DNA of 64,000 nt. Source: a virus. Of the stretch, positions 1-9,635 are shown in pieces. The first letter of the stretch is position 1, and every line of letters begins with the position of its first letter. Under the pieces are notes generated by a model. The model searched no databases, was not told the origin of the DNA, and was given only the letters and a program-made list of their open reading frames with translations. Position numbers and translations under genes: made by a program. Location of the stretch: the IMG/VR virus record IMGVR_UViG_3300026487_000009, positions 3,048-67,047 of that record; one strand, given 5' to 3'.

Positions 1-1
1 C

Positions 2-106
2 TGGCTGATGGAATGGCAGAAGTATCGATATGCTCTAACGAAAATCGACCCTTCCACTATTCAGGCCGACGAATGGCCTAAAGCACCGGTAGAATCGGCC
101 ACATAA
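2..106 (+). CDS. Tail fibre assembly chaperone (Tfa/gpU-like), 3' end only
   Basis: Manual translation WLMEWQKYRYALTKIDPSTIQADEWPKAP, matching the Tfa C-terminal pattern; TAA at 104-106. Confidence 0.6.
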   Translation, partial: WLMEWQKYRYALTKIDPSTIQADEWPKAPVESAT

Positions 107-251
107 TCTCTGAAGCCATGGGTATGTCCATGGCTTTTAATTCATACCTATCAGCTATTCATTCATCATGTAAACGGCTGTAATTAGTAGGCCTTTCATC
201 CTAAGCCCTGCCAAACGAAACTTGTTCAATGCGAAATGCATGCACCCACCA

Positions 252-270
252 GCAACAAACACGAATCTTT
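252..270 (+). promoter_or_regulatory. Probable C1 operator (degenerate copy)
   Basis: GCAACAAACACGAATCTTT upstream of lydA. Confidence 0.45.
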
Positions 271-350
271 AATTTTCATATAAAAACACCTACCGCACAT
301 TCGATACTCTACGACCATCACGGCAATGGCCATAAAGGGGGGTGTGCGTG

Positions 351-701
351 ATGTTCCCAATAGATGCGGAATTGTCACATGTTGCCGTCGTTCTGTTGTT
401 GTCGGTGCTAAGCGGAATAGGCGCATTTCTGCACGGACGGCGAGAGGGGAGGCTGACAGGCTCGAGTTTTAAGGGCCTGCTGCTCGACTTCATGACAGAA
501 ATCATCATCGCGGTAATTGCTGGCCTCATTGCGTTCTACATAGGCCAGATCCGGCAGCTTGATAAGCCACTGATCTACTTGTCAGTGCTGCTGGCAAGTA
601 ACAACGGGCAGGAGATGATCAGCACAATTAAACGCCTCAATATGGACACCATTGTGCAGGTCATTTCCAAAATACTGACTAAAAAGGGTACGGAAAAATG
701 A
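351..701 (+). CDS. lydA: Holin LydA
   Basis: Hydrophobic helices; LLLSV..GIG.FL and ASNNG.E.IS..KR.N.D motifs as in P1 LydA; synteny. Confidence 0.85.
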   Translation: MFPIDAELSHVAVVLLLSVLSGIGAFLHGRREGRLTGSSFKGLLLDFMTEIIIAVIAGLIAFYIGQIRQLDKPLIYLSVLLASNNGQEMISTIKRLNMDTIVQVISKILTKKGTEK

Positions 702-1123
702 TCGAGTATGTCGTTGCAGCATTGAGCATTGCCGCAGTAATTGACAGGTTCGTTATTCGCCGGACAGCCGTTACAGACCTGCTGCTCGGAGAGCTGGAGT
801 TTACTTCACAAGCCGTCAGGATCCCATTTTCATTTCGTCCTACGAGAAAACGCTTTCGCGGGGCTCAGGTATCGTATGACTTTCGGGACGTAAAAAACCC
901 CACAACTGTCATTACAGGTCGCAGTCGCCCACTTGAGCGGGGAATGAGGGGGGTGAACAGCGAATATCTTTATATATCACGCCAAAAAATTCACTCACCT
1001 GGCAAGTGGATCATGACGGTTCGGGTAGTTCATGGAGACTCTCTATGGAATCCCTTATACCGGATATTCCCGATGGAGTATGTGGAAAGCCGTATTTGTA
1101 CTATTGATAGCCTTGAGGGGTAA
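698..1123 (+). CDS. lydB: Antiholin LydB
   Basis: DRF..R, RDV..PTTVI and HGDS..NPLYRIFP shared with P1 LydB; ATGA overlap with lydA. Confidence 0.85.
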   Translation: MIEYVVAALSIAAVIDRFVIRRTAVTDLLLGELEFTSQAVRIPFSFRPTRKRFRGAQVSYDFRDVKNPTTVITGRSRPLERGMRGVNSEYLYISRQKIHSPGKWIMTVRVVHGDSLWNPLYRIFPMEYVESRICTIDSLEG

Positions 1124-1124
1124 T

Positions 1125-1751
1125 ATGTCTTTAGTTTCTAGAAATGGGAAAAGTTATGCCTCCCTTGATTTCTCTCAAATAACGGAGAAAGGGCTTAAGC
1201 CCCTTATTGATGCGTTAAACCGAAATAACGTTACCGTAATTCAAACCTCTGCCAGCAATAAGGCAACGCGGAAAGATTCGATTCAGGTAAAGCAGGCAAC
1301 AATCACGCTTCAGGATGGGCAGGAGTTACTTTTCCAGATCAACGATACCGGCGATATTTCAATGGTGAAGCTAAACGGGAAAGTCATTCCGGTACACATT
1401 GGTGAGAGCATTGCTGATGTAGCCCGTTCAGCTGGCACCGCCGCAGCCCGGAACTCCAAAAAATTCACCGATGCTTTGGCGGCTAAAGCCAAAAGAGCCA
1501 TCAGTGCTGACCTCAATAAAAAAGCTTCTGTTAAATCAACTGCACAGCAAATACAGGAAGTGAAAGGCCAGTTAGCAGATAAAAAAACGTCAAACATAGC
1601 TCTTGAAGAGCAAATTAAAGGCGTGTCTTCGCAAAAAGACAAATTATCAGCACGAATAGAGCAAGCTAAAACGGAATTAGCTCAGGAGAAATCAACGGGC
1701 ACGCAGCTTGAGATGCAATTAAAAGAACTGGAGAAAACGCTTAATGTTTAA
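1125..1751 (+). CDS. hdf: Hdf antirestriction/head protein
   Basis: DF.Q..EKGLK.LI and Q.NDTGDIS.VKLNGK as in P1 Hdf; C-terminal coiled coil; ATG at 1125 preferred over the ORF-track start. Confidence 0.88.
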   Translation: MSLVSRNGKSYASLDFSQITEKGLKPLIDALNRNNVTVIQTSASNKATRKDSIQVKQATITLQDGQELLFQINDTGDISMVKLNGKVIPVHIGESIADVARSAGTAAARNSKKFTDALAAKAKRAISADLNKKASVKSTAQQIQEVKGQLADKKTSNIALEEQIKGVSSQKDKLSARIEQAKTELAQEKSTGTQLEMQLKELEKTLNV

Positions 1752-3723
1752 TAGTGAGCTTATTAATCGTGATTGCGCTATTCGCATAGTTAATTTCCAC
1801 GATCATTCACCGCGGCAGCTTACTCCCGATACTGTCGAAGCGTTGCTGGAGAGTAATAGCATTCTGGAAAAGATCACTATTCAGGATCTGGAAAAATCCA
1901 GCTTTGGCAGTTATTCGTCTGATGAAAGTGAAGCGCTGCTTGAAGCCATCTCGACAACACGTAATCGCATCGCGCAAACCATGCGCGCGTTTATACGGGC
2001 GCTCAATCAGAAAATGGGCGGTACCGGCATCACCGCTGGAGATGACACTGCTGGCAGCGCAGATGACGGTACGAAAACGTTAGGCGGGGCCAGTATCGGG
2101 CGGGTTCGTCGTGTTGCCGGCTTTGCTGTTATGCCTGCGATGATCTCTCTTAGTGACGGGCAAGTGGTTACCGTAATGTTCCATAGCCCATCCGGGGATC
2201 AAGACAAAATACTCCCCGGTGATGTCCTGGTCGCGTTCCAGTTTTTGTTAAATAAAAAGGACGTCACTCACGTTGTCGCGCCCATGGGCGGGCGCGATAT
2301 GTCATTGGCACAGGTCACGATGACGTTGTCGAACATCATCGAGCGCAACACGCAAAAATTCCAGCGGAACCAGAAACGTCAGCAGCGCATGAAAGCCGAT
2401 CTCGCTGAGGCCCAGCAGCAGTTTGAGGCAGAGAATGAGCAGGAGCTGGCGCTACAAAGTTCTCTCGGGGAAGGGAAAGGGCAGGCGACCAACCTGGAGA
2501 TCAGCCTTAACAGCCTGCAGGTGGATATTGAGCATCAGCAGGACTACAACGCGGAACTTCGTACCCGTATTGCGGAAATGAGTGAACAAATAAAAACACG
2601 CTCAGGCGGAAATGGCGGCGGGAACGTTGGCGATAATAGCAGCGCAGAAGGCCCAGCAGCTACAGTACAGCTGTCGGACATACAGACCGGCGCAATGTGG
2701 CCAACATTAAAAAAAGCCTCCGTAAGCGGTGCTAACGCTATCTGGTACACGCAATCGAATGAATTCGACATCAAAGCATCTGCCAAAATCTCCATCAACG
2801 GCGCAGCGCCCGGGGAGGCTGCCAAAAAATTATATGCGCAATATCAGGCAGCGCGCGATGCCGGTTACTCGTTCACGTATTTCCGCATTTCGGGGCTACA
2901 GGGTATTTACGTTTTCGTCAAAGATAACGAAGTGCTCACAAAGGCTGGTGCCATGGCGCTGGTGAAACCAGACGGAGATGCCGGGGCGTCTGATGTTGTG
3001 ACTCCGCCACCAGCTGCTGATACCGATACTGCCAATGCCGGGAAATTCCGTTACGCGCTACGTAACCGTCCCGCCGGTATCGGCGCCGTGCCGCCAGGCC
3101 AGGCTGGATTGCTGCCACGCCCTCCAGAAAGCGATCCGTATTATGAGTATGCCCGCCACGGAATTATTACTTATGACACCGCCTTAAGTGACGAGCAAAT
3201 TTCTCAGTTTGAGCTGCTTTATCTGCCTCGAGTGGAGGAATACCCGCAGCTGGCCAAAAACTTTGCGGCTGACGCCCTGGGCACTTATGCGCAGCAATAC
3301 ATTGAGATGGCCGCAGAAGATCCTGACACGTTTGAAAAAACGGTACGCATTAAGTTCAGAAACAGCCTGCCGAATGTGGCCTATCCGCTGGGAGAGATGA
3401 AAGCCACGTTCCTGGCTGACGTAGTCGGGGCATTACAGGCAATGGTTCAGCCACCAGAAGAAGAAAACCCACCAGGCGGAGAGAGCGAGGCGGATAAAAT
3501 GGCAAACCAGGCGATCGAGTATCTGAAGTCGGTAGTTGTGATGGCCTCCAGCGACATGCAGGAGATCCGGGCGGCGCGTGGCCATGTTCGTGAAGCTATC
3601 GCCACACTGCAGGCAGCAGGGCGATTTGATGAGAATGAAGAGCTCGTAAATCAGGCGGCACAGCGGCTATCTGATCTGCTGGTGGAAATCCAGCGCGCTG
3701 GCGCCGCGGGGGTAGCAGCATGA
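1744..3723 (+). CDS. darA: DarA antirestriction/head protein
   Basis: LLEAIS.TR, FQFLLNKKDVTH.VAPM.GRDM, DPYYEYAR and AAGRF.ENEELVN match P1 DarA. Confidence 0.93.
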   Translation: MFNSELINRDCAIRIVNFHDHSPRQLTPDTVEALLESNSILEKITIQDLEKSSFGSYSSDESEALLEAISTTRNRIAQTMRAFIRALNQKMGGTGITAGDDTAGSADDGTKTLGGASIGRVRRVAGFAVMPAMISLSDGQVVTVMFHSPSGDQDKILPGDVLVAFQFLLNKKDVTHVVAPMGGRDMSLAQVTMTLSNIIERNTQKFQRNQKRQQRMKADLAEAQQQFEAENEQELALQSSLGEGKGQATNLEISLNSLQVDIEHQQDYNAELRTRIAEMSEQIKTRSGGNGGGNVGDNSSAEGPAATVQLSDIQTGAMWPTLKKASVSGANAIWYTQSNEFDIKASAKISINGAAPGEAAKKLYAQYQAARDAGYSFTYFRISGLQGIYVFVKDNEVLTKAGAMALVKPDGDAGASDVVTPPPAADTDTANAGKFRYALRNRPAGIGAVPPGQAGLLPRPPESDPYYEYARHGIITYDTALSDEQISQFELLYLPRVEEYPQLAKNFAADALGTYAQQYIEMAAEDPDTFEKTVRIKFRNSLPNVAYPLGEMKATFLADVVGALQAMVQPPEEENPPGGESEADKMANQAIEYLKSVVVMASSDMQEIRAARGHVREAIATLQAAGRFDENEELVNQAAQRLSDLLVEIQRAGAAGVAA

Positions 3724-4070
3724 CTCTGACGGCTATTGAACGCCTGGACCTTTTGGACCAGCTTGATGAACTCATGGTGAAAGCGAGTAGCGCAAAGGGC
3801 CTGGACTTACTCGATATCAATGACCAGATCGACGACGTTATGACACGGCTCGGTTACGGCAGCGCGGCACCGACAGATGTGACGCCAGTGCCGGTGATGA
3901 TCCCTGATTTGGTGACTGACTTTCTGGCCGATAAATTCGTTAATCAACCCCTGGACGATTTTCTCCTCACGCTCTACAAACTTGAGCAGTTTGTCGGTAC
4001 TCAGGTGACATTCGATCAGGTGAAAATCCACTCGGCAAACTGGGTCGCCAGTGCCGGGCTGGCGGCATAG
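3720..4070 (+). CDS. ddrA: DdrA
   Basis: 116 aa directly after darA; MTLTAIERLDLLDQLDEL; P1 synteny and size. Confidence 0.8.
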   Translation: MTLTAIERLDLLDQLDELMVKASSAKGLDLLDINDQIDDVMTRLGYGSAAPTDVTPVPVMIPDLVTDFLADKFVNQPLDDFLLTLYKLEQFVGTQVTFDQVKIHSANWVASAGLAA

Positions 4071-4080
4071 GAGGTTACGG

Positions 4081-6249
4081 ATGTCAGTCTTTGATAACTT
4101 CCCCTATGTCGGGCATACAACCACGATCAGTACCCTTGCCGGCCAGCATGTTGATGTCTCTTATGCTGTCGCGGAAGTAGAGGATCTGGTCATTTCAAAC
4201 CGGCTCGATGGCAGCATAAACGGAGATTATCCGCAGGAGTTACAGCCGCGCGATCGCACCTCACTGGAAAGCAAGCTGCAGGTTAATCGTATTGCACACA
4301 ATCTCCAGCCAGAGGGTATGGCTGAATCAGAAACCAGCGCAAACGGCGCACCGATAGTCGGGTCGGACCGGATTGTGGAATCCGGGAATGGCCGCACGCT
4401 GGGGCTCTGGCGCGCGTACGCAAGCGATCAGGCTGAAGAGTACCGCAACTGGCTTCTGTCCAATGCCAGTGCGTATGGGCTGCAGGCGGATGCTGTTGCT
4501 GAGTTGGGTAAACCGGTGCTGGTGCGTATTCGTCTCACTGATGTTGATCGTGCCCAGTTTGCGAAAGATTCAAATACCCAAAACAGCGTGCCCGATAAGC
4601 CGTTTTTCGAAAAGGTTATGCCCGGCAATCTGCCGATCGACAAGAAGGCGCTTAAAAACGCCTCTCAGCTGCTCAATAGCTGCAGCAACCTGGAACAGGT
4701 TATAAGCCTTCTGCAAGCTCTGGCGCTCGCTGGAGCCCCAGAACGAGACGGTTTTGCCTACCGTCTCGGTGTTACGATTAAAAATGCCACTGACACGCTG
4801 AAAAGAACCACCCCTGAAAATACTGCCGCGCTGACGTCATACCAGGGGCTGGTAAAAAGATTGCTGGGATCAGGGCCAGACGATGTCATAGCAAAACTCG
4901 ACCATCAGAGTCGCCGGGATTTTTACGAGATCCTGGGCATAAATACTTACCAGACGAAAGCATCAGACTGGCGCATGCGCTTCTCCAACGGTGAGTTGTG
5001 GCAGCTCGGCGGCCTGCTAAAGCAATTTGCTGCTGCAGCGGAAGATGAGCGGCCTGACCTTGCTCGCCAGATGACTTCGTTAATGACTAAATACTGCGGG
5101 CGCGGTCGAACTTTCGACATGACCTACCTCGGTGTGTTGCGGCAGCTCATACCTGCGGAAATGAGCGGGAAGCGCCCCGGCGAAGTGCATAACATGGTGA
5201 TGATTTATTCGAAGCAGTTTGGTTCGAAGGCTTTGTCCGCAGAGGATGCAGATAAACGGATGGTCGAAAACAGTGCTGCCGGTCGTGCCGAACTTGAGAA
5301 ACTGGCAATCATTGAGCGTGCGCGCGCAGCTCGCGATGCTATCCGTACAGAGGCACAAGAGCTTTCCGCGATGATGCAAGGTGCTCTAGACCAGTCGGAG
5401 ATCCGTAATGCTCTGGACTGGTCACCAGCCCTGAAGGGAATGACTAATTATGATCCAGCCAAAGATAAAGTATTTGGCGCACGCTACAGCCCTTTAAGCC
5501 ATTTGCTACGCTCGATGGAATATGCGTCCACCCAGGCAACCATTGAGCGAATTTCCCGAATCAACCCAGCTGTAGCGCAGCGTATTACTGACTTTTATGC
5601 AAATTATCAGGTAGCCAGAGACGATATTAGTGGGGCCTTCAAAGCTCATATTGATGGCGTTATAGAGCGTTCACAAATTAGTGATGCCCAGGCTGATGAA
5701 TGGCTTAAAACGATAGATATCAGCAAAAGTGCGATCAGAGATTTTGACGCGCGCTGGGGGAAAGGATCCATCCAGGGAGAGCTGAAAAAAATTTACCGGT
5801 TGACCAATGGCAATCTGAAATCGTTACGGAAGATATCATTTAAAAAAAATGCCCGGGCATATGCCTCTGTATCAACTGGCGAGGTGGTGCTGGCAAGCAC
5901 CAATGACCTATCGGTTTTATGGCATGAAGTCGGGCACCATTTTGAATTTTCCAATCCAGATCGGCTGGAGAAAGCCAAAGCCTTCCTGCGTAAACGCATG
6001 GGGCCGAAAGAGGGCTATATGCTGATTGAGGGTACAAATGATGAGGCTGCGATAAATGACTCTCTGAGCGAGAGCTATATTGGCCGGGTTTACGGTAATA
6101 AAACCCTAAGCGGTACCGATGCAACGGAAGTCTACTCCATGGCTTTCCAGTGCATTTTGGATAAACGTTATTGTGCTAACTCGGTCATCAATAATGATGA
6201 ACTCCTGGACTTCTTACTCGGTGAAATTTCAGAGGTACAGAACGCATGA
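4081..6249 (+). CDS. ddrB: DdrB-like protein (ParB/Srx-like N-domain, C-terminal zincin HExxH)
   Basis: YPQELQPRDRT, VESGNGRT and LWHEVGHHFE as in P1 DdrB; shorter than the P1 protein. Confidence 0.85.
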   Translation: MSVFDNFPYVGHTTTISTLAGQHVDVSYAVAEVEDLVISNRLDGSINGDYPQELQPRDRTSLESKLQVNRIAHNLQPEGMAESETSANGAPIVGSDRIVESGNGRTLGLWRAYASDQAEEYRNWLLSNASAYGLQADAVAELGKPVLVRIRLTDVDRAQFAKDSNTQNSVPDKPFFEKVMPGNLPIDKKALKNASQLLNSCSNLEQVISLLQALALAGAPERDGFAYRLGVTIKNATDTLKRTTPENTAALTSYQGLVKRLLGSGPDDVIAKLDHQSRRDFYEILGINTYQTKASDWRMRFSNGELWQLGGLLKQFAAAAEDERPDLARQMTSLMTKYCGRGRTFDMTYLGVLRQLIPAEMSGKRPGEVHNMVMIYSKQFGSKALSAEDADKRMVENSAAGRAELEKLAIIERARAARDAIRTEAQELSAMMQGALDQSEIRNALDWSPALKGMTNYDPAKDKVFGARYSPLSHLLRSMEYASTQATIERISRINPAVAQRITDFYANYQVARDDISGAFKAHIDGVIERSQISDAQADEWLKTIDISKSAIRDFDARWGKGSIQGELKKIYRLTNGNLKSLRKISFKKNARAYASVSTGEVVLASTNDLSVLWHEVGHHFEFSNPDRLEKAKAFLRKRMGPKEGYMLIEGTNDEAAINDSLSESYIGRVYGNKTLSGTDATEVYSMAFQCILDKRYCANSVINNDELLDFLLGEISEVQNA

Positions 6250-6557
6250 ATGTTACGATCACGTATGGCGCTGCAACGGCCACAATTCAGTTTGAAACAG
6301 ATGTGATTACTGTGCCGAACACATTCAGGCTGGTGGGGGATATTTCAAGGACGGATCTGCTGCACGATGTTTCAGTATCCGGTGCAAATGCAGCGATGGG
6401 GTACACCCTGGATGCAGAAGACTGCACCAGTTTAACATTGCTCAGAACTCTGGAGTTTATGGGTTACCAGGTCGCATGGCCGGAGGCGTGGCGCGCTCAG
6501 GCTAAAAGGTTTGACGATGAGGAGCAGGATGCTGCTGATTTTGGTATCGTGAATTAA
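6246..6557 (+). CDS. hxr: Hxr-like protein
   Basis: ~103 aa, acidic tail, LRTL....W.V.WP-like pattern; position after ddrB. Confidence 0.6.
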   Translation: MNVTITYGAATATIQFETDVITVPNTFRLVGDISRTDLLHDVSVSGANAAMGYTLDAEDCTSLTLLRTLEFMGYQVAWPEAWRAQAKRFDDEEQDAADFGIVN

Positions 6558-6629
6558 TCTCTGTTTCCTCAGGCATATAGGCATCCGTTTGGGGCCTATA
6601 TGCTTTTCCACTGATGCTGATGAAGGCAC

Positions 6630-6870
6630 ATATCCACTTATCCACACCCTAGATCCTATAAAGTGATCCCACACAGATCCCAAACAGATCCAAAACAGAT
6701 CCCCAGGCTCGTCCAGGCCGCGCCGCGTCTCGCTTAAACGGGGGTTGCCATGTGTCATAACATGCAAAACATGTGTCATGGCATGCAGAATATGTGTGAC
6801 AGCATGAAAAATATGTGTCATAACATGCTAAAGCGTGTGTCACATCATGTAGCCTTCACGGTTATCCCCA
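6630..6870 (+). other. Plasmid origin, P1 oriR-type
   Basis: DnaA box TTATCCACA 6638-6646; five GATC at 6652, 6665, 6676, 6687, 6698; GC-rich spacer; five iterons; DnaA-like TTATCCCCA near 6862. Confidence 0.9.
6749..6851 (+). repeat. Five origin iterons (incC-like)
   Basis: Consensus ATGTGTCAYARCATG starting at 6750, 6771, 6792, 6813, 6835 (21-22 bp period). Confidence 0.9.
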
Positions 6871-6959
6871 CTCTGTGTGTAACGCTCATATCTATATGTA
6901 TTTAAAGAGAAAATCATAAATTAACATCTTCAGTTATAAACTGAGGACCAGGCCAAGGA

Positions 6960-7844
6960 TTGAGCGTTATGAACAACTCTGAAATTGATGCAATTTTTAT
7001 CGCTGACGCGCTAAAAAACCCGGAAGAAGTTGCCAAGCAGCTGACAGTTACCTCGAATTCGACGGTTCAGCCTGCTGTGCTTCTTCGGCTGGGCATTTTT
7101 GTTCCGGGAACCCGCTCAGTCGCGAAGGGTGAAAAGCAGGAAGTCGATGTGTCCTCAGCCTTTTCGAGCCTGGAGTTTTCACGGAAGGAAGGTTATGACC
7201 AGATCGTGATTCGAGGAGAACGGCTTAATATTACGACAGATTTCAGCGTGTGGATGGGTATCATCGCCGCGTTCAGTATGCATGGGATCAGCAGCAACAC
7301 AATAAGCCTCCCGTTCACTGAGTTCGCCAAATTGTGTGGCGTGGACTCCCGCCAGTGCAATGCACGCTCGCGCAAACGGATCTTCGACTCTCTTGCCAAA
7401 ATTGGTACAAAGGTTGTTCAGTTTCATCGTCGCGAAGATGGAAAAAGGTTTTTCACGCATCTGCTGAAACTGGCTGAACTTGAGCCAAAGGAAGATGTAG
7501 TGCTTTTGCAGGCCGATGAGCGCCTTTGGGAGATATACCAGGCCGACTACACCATTCTGTTAAGGAAGCACCCCTATCATCTCCTGAAAGGGAAGGAAGT
7601 GGCGCAAACGCTGTATACCTACATCGCCAGCCTGCCGGATAATCCTGCTCCTATCGCTTTCAGCCGCATCAGGGAGCGCCTTTTGCTAACGTCATCTGTG
7701 CCTGAGCAGACTCGCATGATTAAGATGGCGCTGGAATCCATGGCAAAAATTGAGTACATCGAGTATTCGATCAGCAAGAAGGGCAAGGAAAGCTTCCTGC
7801 TCATTCACAAAAGAAATAAAAAACTCAAAGCGATAGATGCCTAA
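6960..7844 (+). CDS. repA: Iteron-binding initiator RepA (P1 RepA/RepFIB family)
   Basis: LTV.SN.TVQP..L.RLG.FVP, EGYD.I.I.G.RL and F.RIRERL.L match P1 RepA. Confidence 0.95.
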   Translation: MSVMNNSEIDAIFIADALKNPEEVAKQLTVTSNSTVQPAVLLRLGIFVPGTRSVAKGEKQEVDVSSAFSSLEFSRKEGYDQIVIRGERLNITTDFSVWMGIIAAFSMHGISSNTISLPFTEFAKLCGVDSRQCNARSRKRIFDSLAKIGTKVVQFHRREDGKRFFTHLLKLAELEPKEDVVLLQADERLWEIYQADYTILLRKHPYHLLKGKEVAQTLYTYIASLPDNPAPIAFSRIRERLLLTSSVPEQTRMIKMALESMAKIEYIEYSISKKGKESFLLIHKRNKKLKAIDA

Positions 7845-8153
7845 CATGTGTCATAGCATGTAATGGGGCCAAAAATATGTGTCACAGCCTGTGCCGTGTG
7901 GGAAATGTGTGTTTCGTGATGCTCTGGGACTCATAAACATGTGTTAGGTTATGCGGGGCAGGGGGTTGGTGCTCTTTTTTTCGGCTATAACCCGCCTGGG
8001 AAGGCCAGTTTTGCATGTTATGACACACATTTTTCATGTAGAGCATGCTGTGACACATGGTTTTGGTGGTTAGCATGCCATGACACATGTTTCAGGTGTC
8101 CGCCACGCATGCTGTGACACATGTCTCTCTTTTCAGCATGTCATGACACATGT
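7845..8153. repeat. Nine copy-control iterons (incA-like)
   Basis: Four forward and five reverse ATGTGT-core iterons ~30 bp apart, right after the repA stop. Confidence 0.85.
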
Positions 8154-8164
8154 TTTGAATCATC

Positions 8165-8392
8165 TCAACGCCCGGTTAAGAGCATGCCGGATAAATCTGT
8201 GCCTTCCCCTTCGTGGTTGAATACACTCCCACAGACAGGCCTAATCCCCTCTACCAGTGAACCTCTTGCCTGACACACCATGATCGTCGGGTATACCTCA
8301 TCACTGATCACCTCATCCTGATTGAATTCATTGCCGCAATGATTAACGAAAAGCATAAAACCAATAAAGACCTGGGTTACAAAGGGTAGCAT
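8165..8392 (-). CDS. Small hypothetical protein with hydrophobic N-terminus and Cys residues
   Basis: 75-aa ORF with an operator copy upstream; weak support. Confidence 0.4.
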   Translation of the reverse strand: MLPFVTQVFIGFMLFVNHCGNEFNQDEVISDEVYPTIMVCQARGSLVEGIRPVCGSVFNHEGEGTDLSGMLLTGR

Positions 8393-8429
8393 CGTGGAGC
8401 CTCCTGCAGGATATGGTCTGGAGGTTATA

Positions 8430-8448
8430 AAAGATTAGTGTTTATTGC
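8430..8448 (-). promoter_or_regulatory. Probable C1 operator
   Basis: rc GCAATAAACACTAATCTTT upstream of the endolysin. Confidence 0.65.
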
Positions 8449-8540
8449 AAAGAAAAGGCGCTTGCGCGCCTTATAACCACAATGAGTAAGTGAGTGCATT
8501 TCTGCGATCCCAATCTAATCGATGTATGGCAGGAGTGAAA

Positions 8541-9020
8541 ATGTCTAATCGCACCGCGTTTTTAACCGCACTATCTGTTTCAGAAGCAACCAGTACCAGC
8601 CGGGCGACGAAATGCCGTGGCTATGATGTGATCGTGACCGGACAGGATGGGAAACCTGAGATCTTCACTGATTTCTCAACCCATCCCTTTGCTGGTGGCC
8701 GGGCGGCAAAAACGCTTAATTCGAAAGGCCTTAAATCTACGGCATCTGGCCGGTACCAACATCTGGTCCGGGACTGGGAGCATTACAAGGCGCTGCTGAA
8801 GCTGCCAGATTTCGGCCCTGAATCTCAGGATAAATGGGCGCTGCAGCTGATAAAGGAGTGTCGTGCGCTGGATGACGTGGACGCTGGCCGCTTTGAACTG
8901 GCGATAAGCAAATGTCGCAAAATCTGGGCAAGTCTACCGGGTGCTGGTTACGGCCAGAAGGAGCACCCGATAGAGTTCCTGATTAACGCGTACCGTAATG
9001 CTGGCGGAACGCTGGCGTAG
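8541..9020 (+). CDS. Endolysin, lambda R-type lytic transglycosylase
   Basis: AFL....SE, GYDVIV, STA.GRYQ and WASLPGAGYGQ.EH; AGGAG SD before ATG 8541. Confidence 0.93.
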   Translation: MSNRTAFLTALSVSEATSTSRATKCRGYDVIVTGQDGKPEIFTDFSTHPFAGGRAAKTLNSKGLKSTASGRYQHLVRDWEHYKALLKLPDFGPESQDKWALQLIKECRALDDVDAGRFELAISKCRKIWASLPGAGYGQKEHPIEFLINAYRNAGGTLA

Positions 9021-9026
9021 CGAGTA

Positions 9027-9626
9027 TCAGGAACGACGTTTTTTTATGTGAATAGAGGGGCGGCCTTTGCCAGCTCCTTTTTTCTTTGGTACCGGAACGC
9101 GCCAGAAAGGCCTGAACAGCGGTAAGCCATGCTCTTTCCGGTAATCGCATATTTTCCGCCACGAAAACATGCGCTCTTCGCGGGTTATCTTCTCTACTGG
9201 CTTACCGTTAATGTCGTAACGGAAAACGTTATTGGTGTTGGCCACCAGCATGTAATAGGCCTGGCAACGGCAGTACGTGTGTAATGCCAGATTCAGCTTA
9301 TTGAGCGGCACGCGGATATGCCGTGCGTCGAGATCGTCCAGCATGTCATCACGGATGCCGTTTTTAAGCGGTATCCGCAGGCCATTTCGAAACAGGGCTG
9401 GCCAGAGTTGTTTCAGAAAACGTAGGCGCGCCTGATTTTTGCGTAACGTTTCAGGCGAGGCGTGAGAGACAAACGTTTTTTTAAGCTCGTCGATTTCTGC
9501 CCGGCGGGCGGCTTTTTTCTGCGCCTTTTCTTCCGCAGAAAGTTTGCGTGCTGGCTTACGCTTTTCAGTGTGTCCGGTTTTGCCTGATCTACTGCGCAGG
9601 CTCAGAGTATTGCGTCTGTCTTCCAT
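9027..9626 (-). CDS. ProQ/FinO-family RNA-binding protein
   Basis: WPALF....PLK.GI..D, Y....YY and RYDINGKPVEKIT; basic tails; strong SD. Confidence 0.8.
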   Translation of the reverse strand: MEDRRNTLSLRSRSGKTGHTEKRKPARKLSAEEKAQKKAARRAEIDELKKTFVSHASPETLRKNQARLRFLKQLWPALFRNGLRIPLKNGIRDDMLDDLDARHIRVPLNKLNLALHTYCRCQAYYMLVANTNNVFRYDINGKPVEKITREERMFSWRKICDYRKEHGLPLFRPFWRVPVPKKKGAGKGRPSIHIKKRRS

Positions 9627-9635
9627 TATTGCTCC

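Noticed and set aside
6749-8153. Repeat arrays as CRISPR
   Set aside because: Short 21-bp or ~30-bp period repeats flanking repA, no unique spacers and no cas genes; these are iterons
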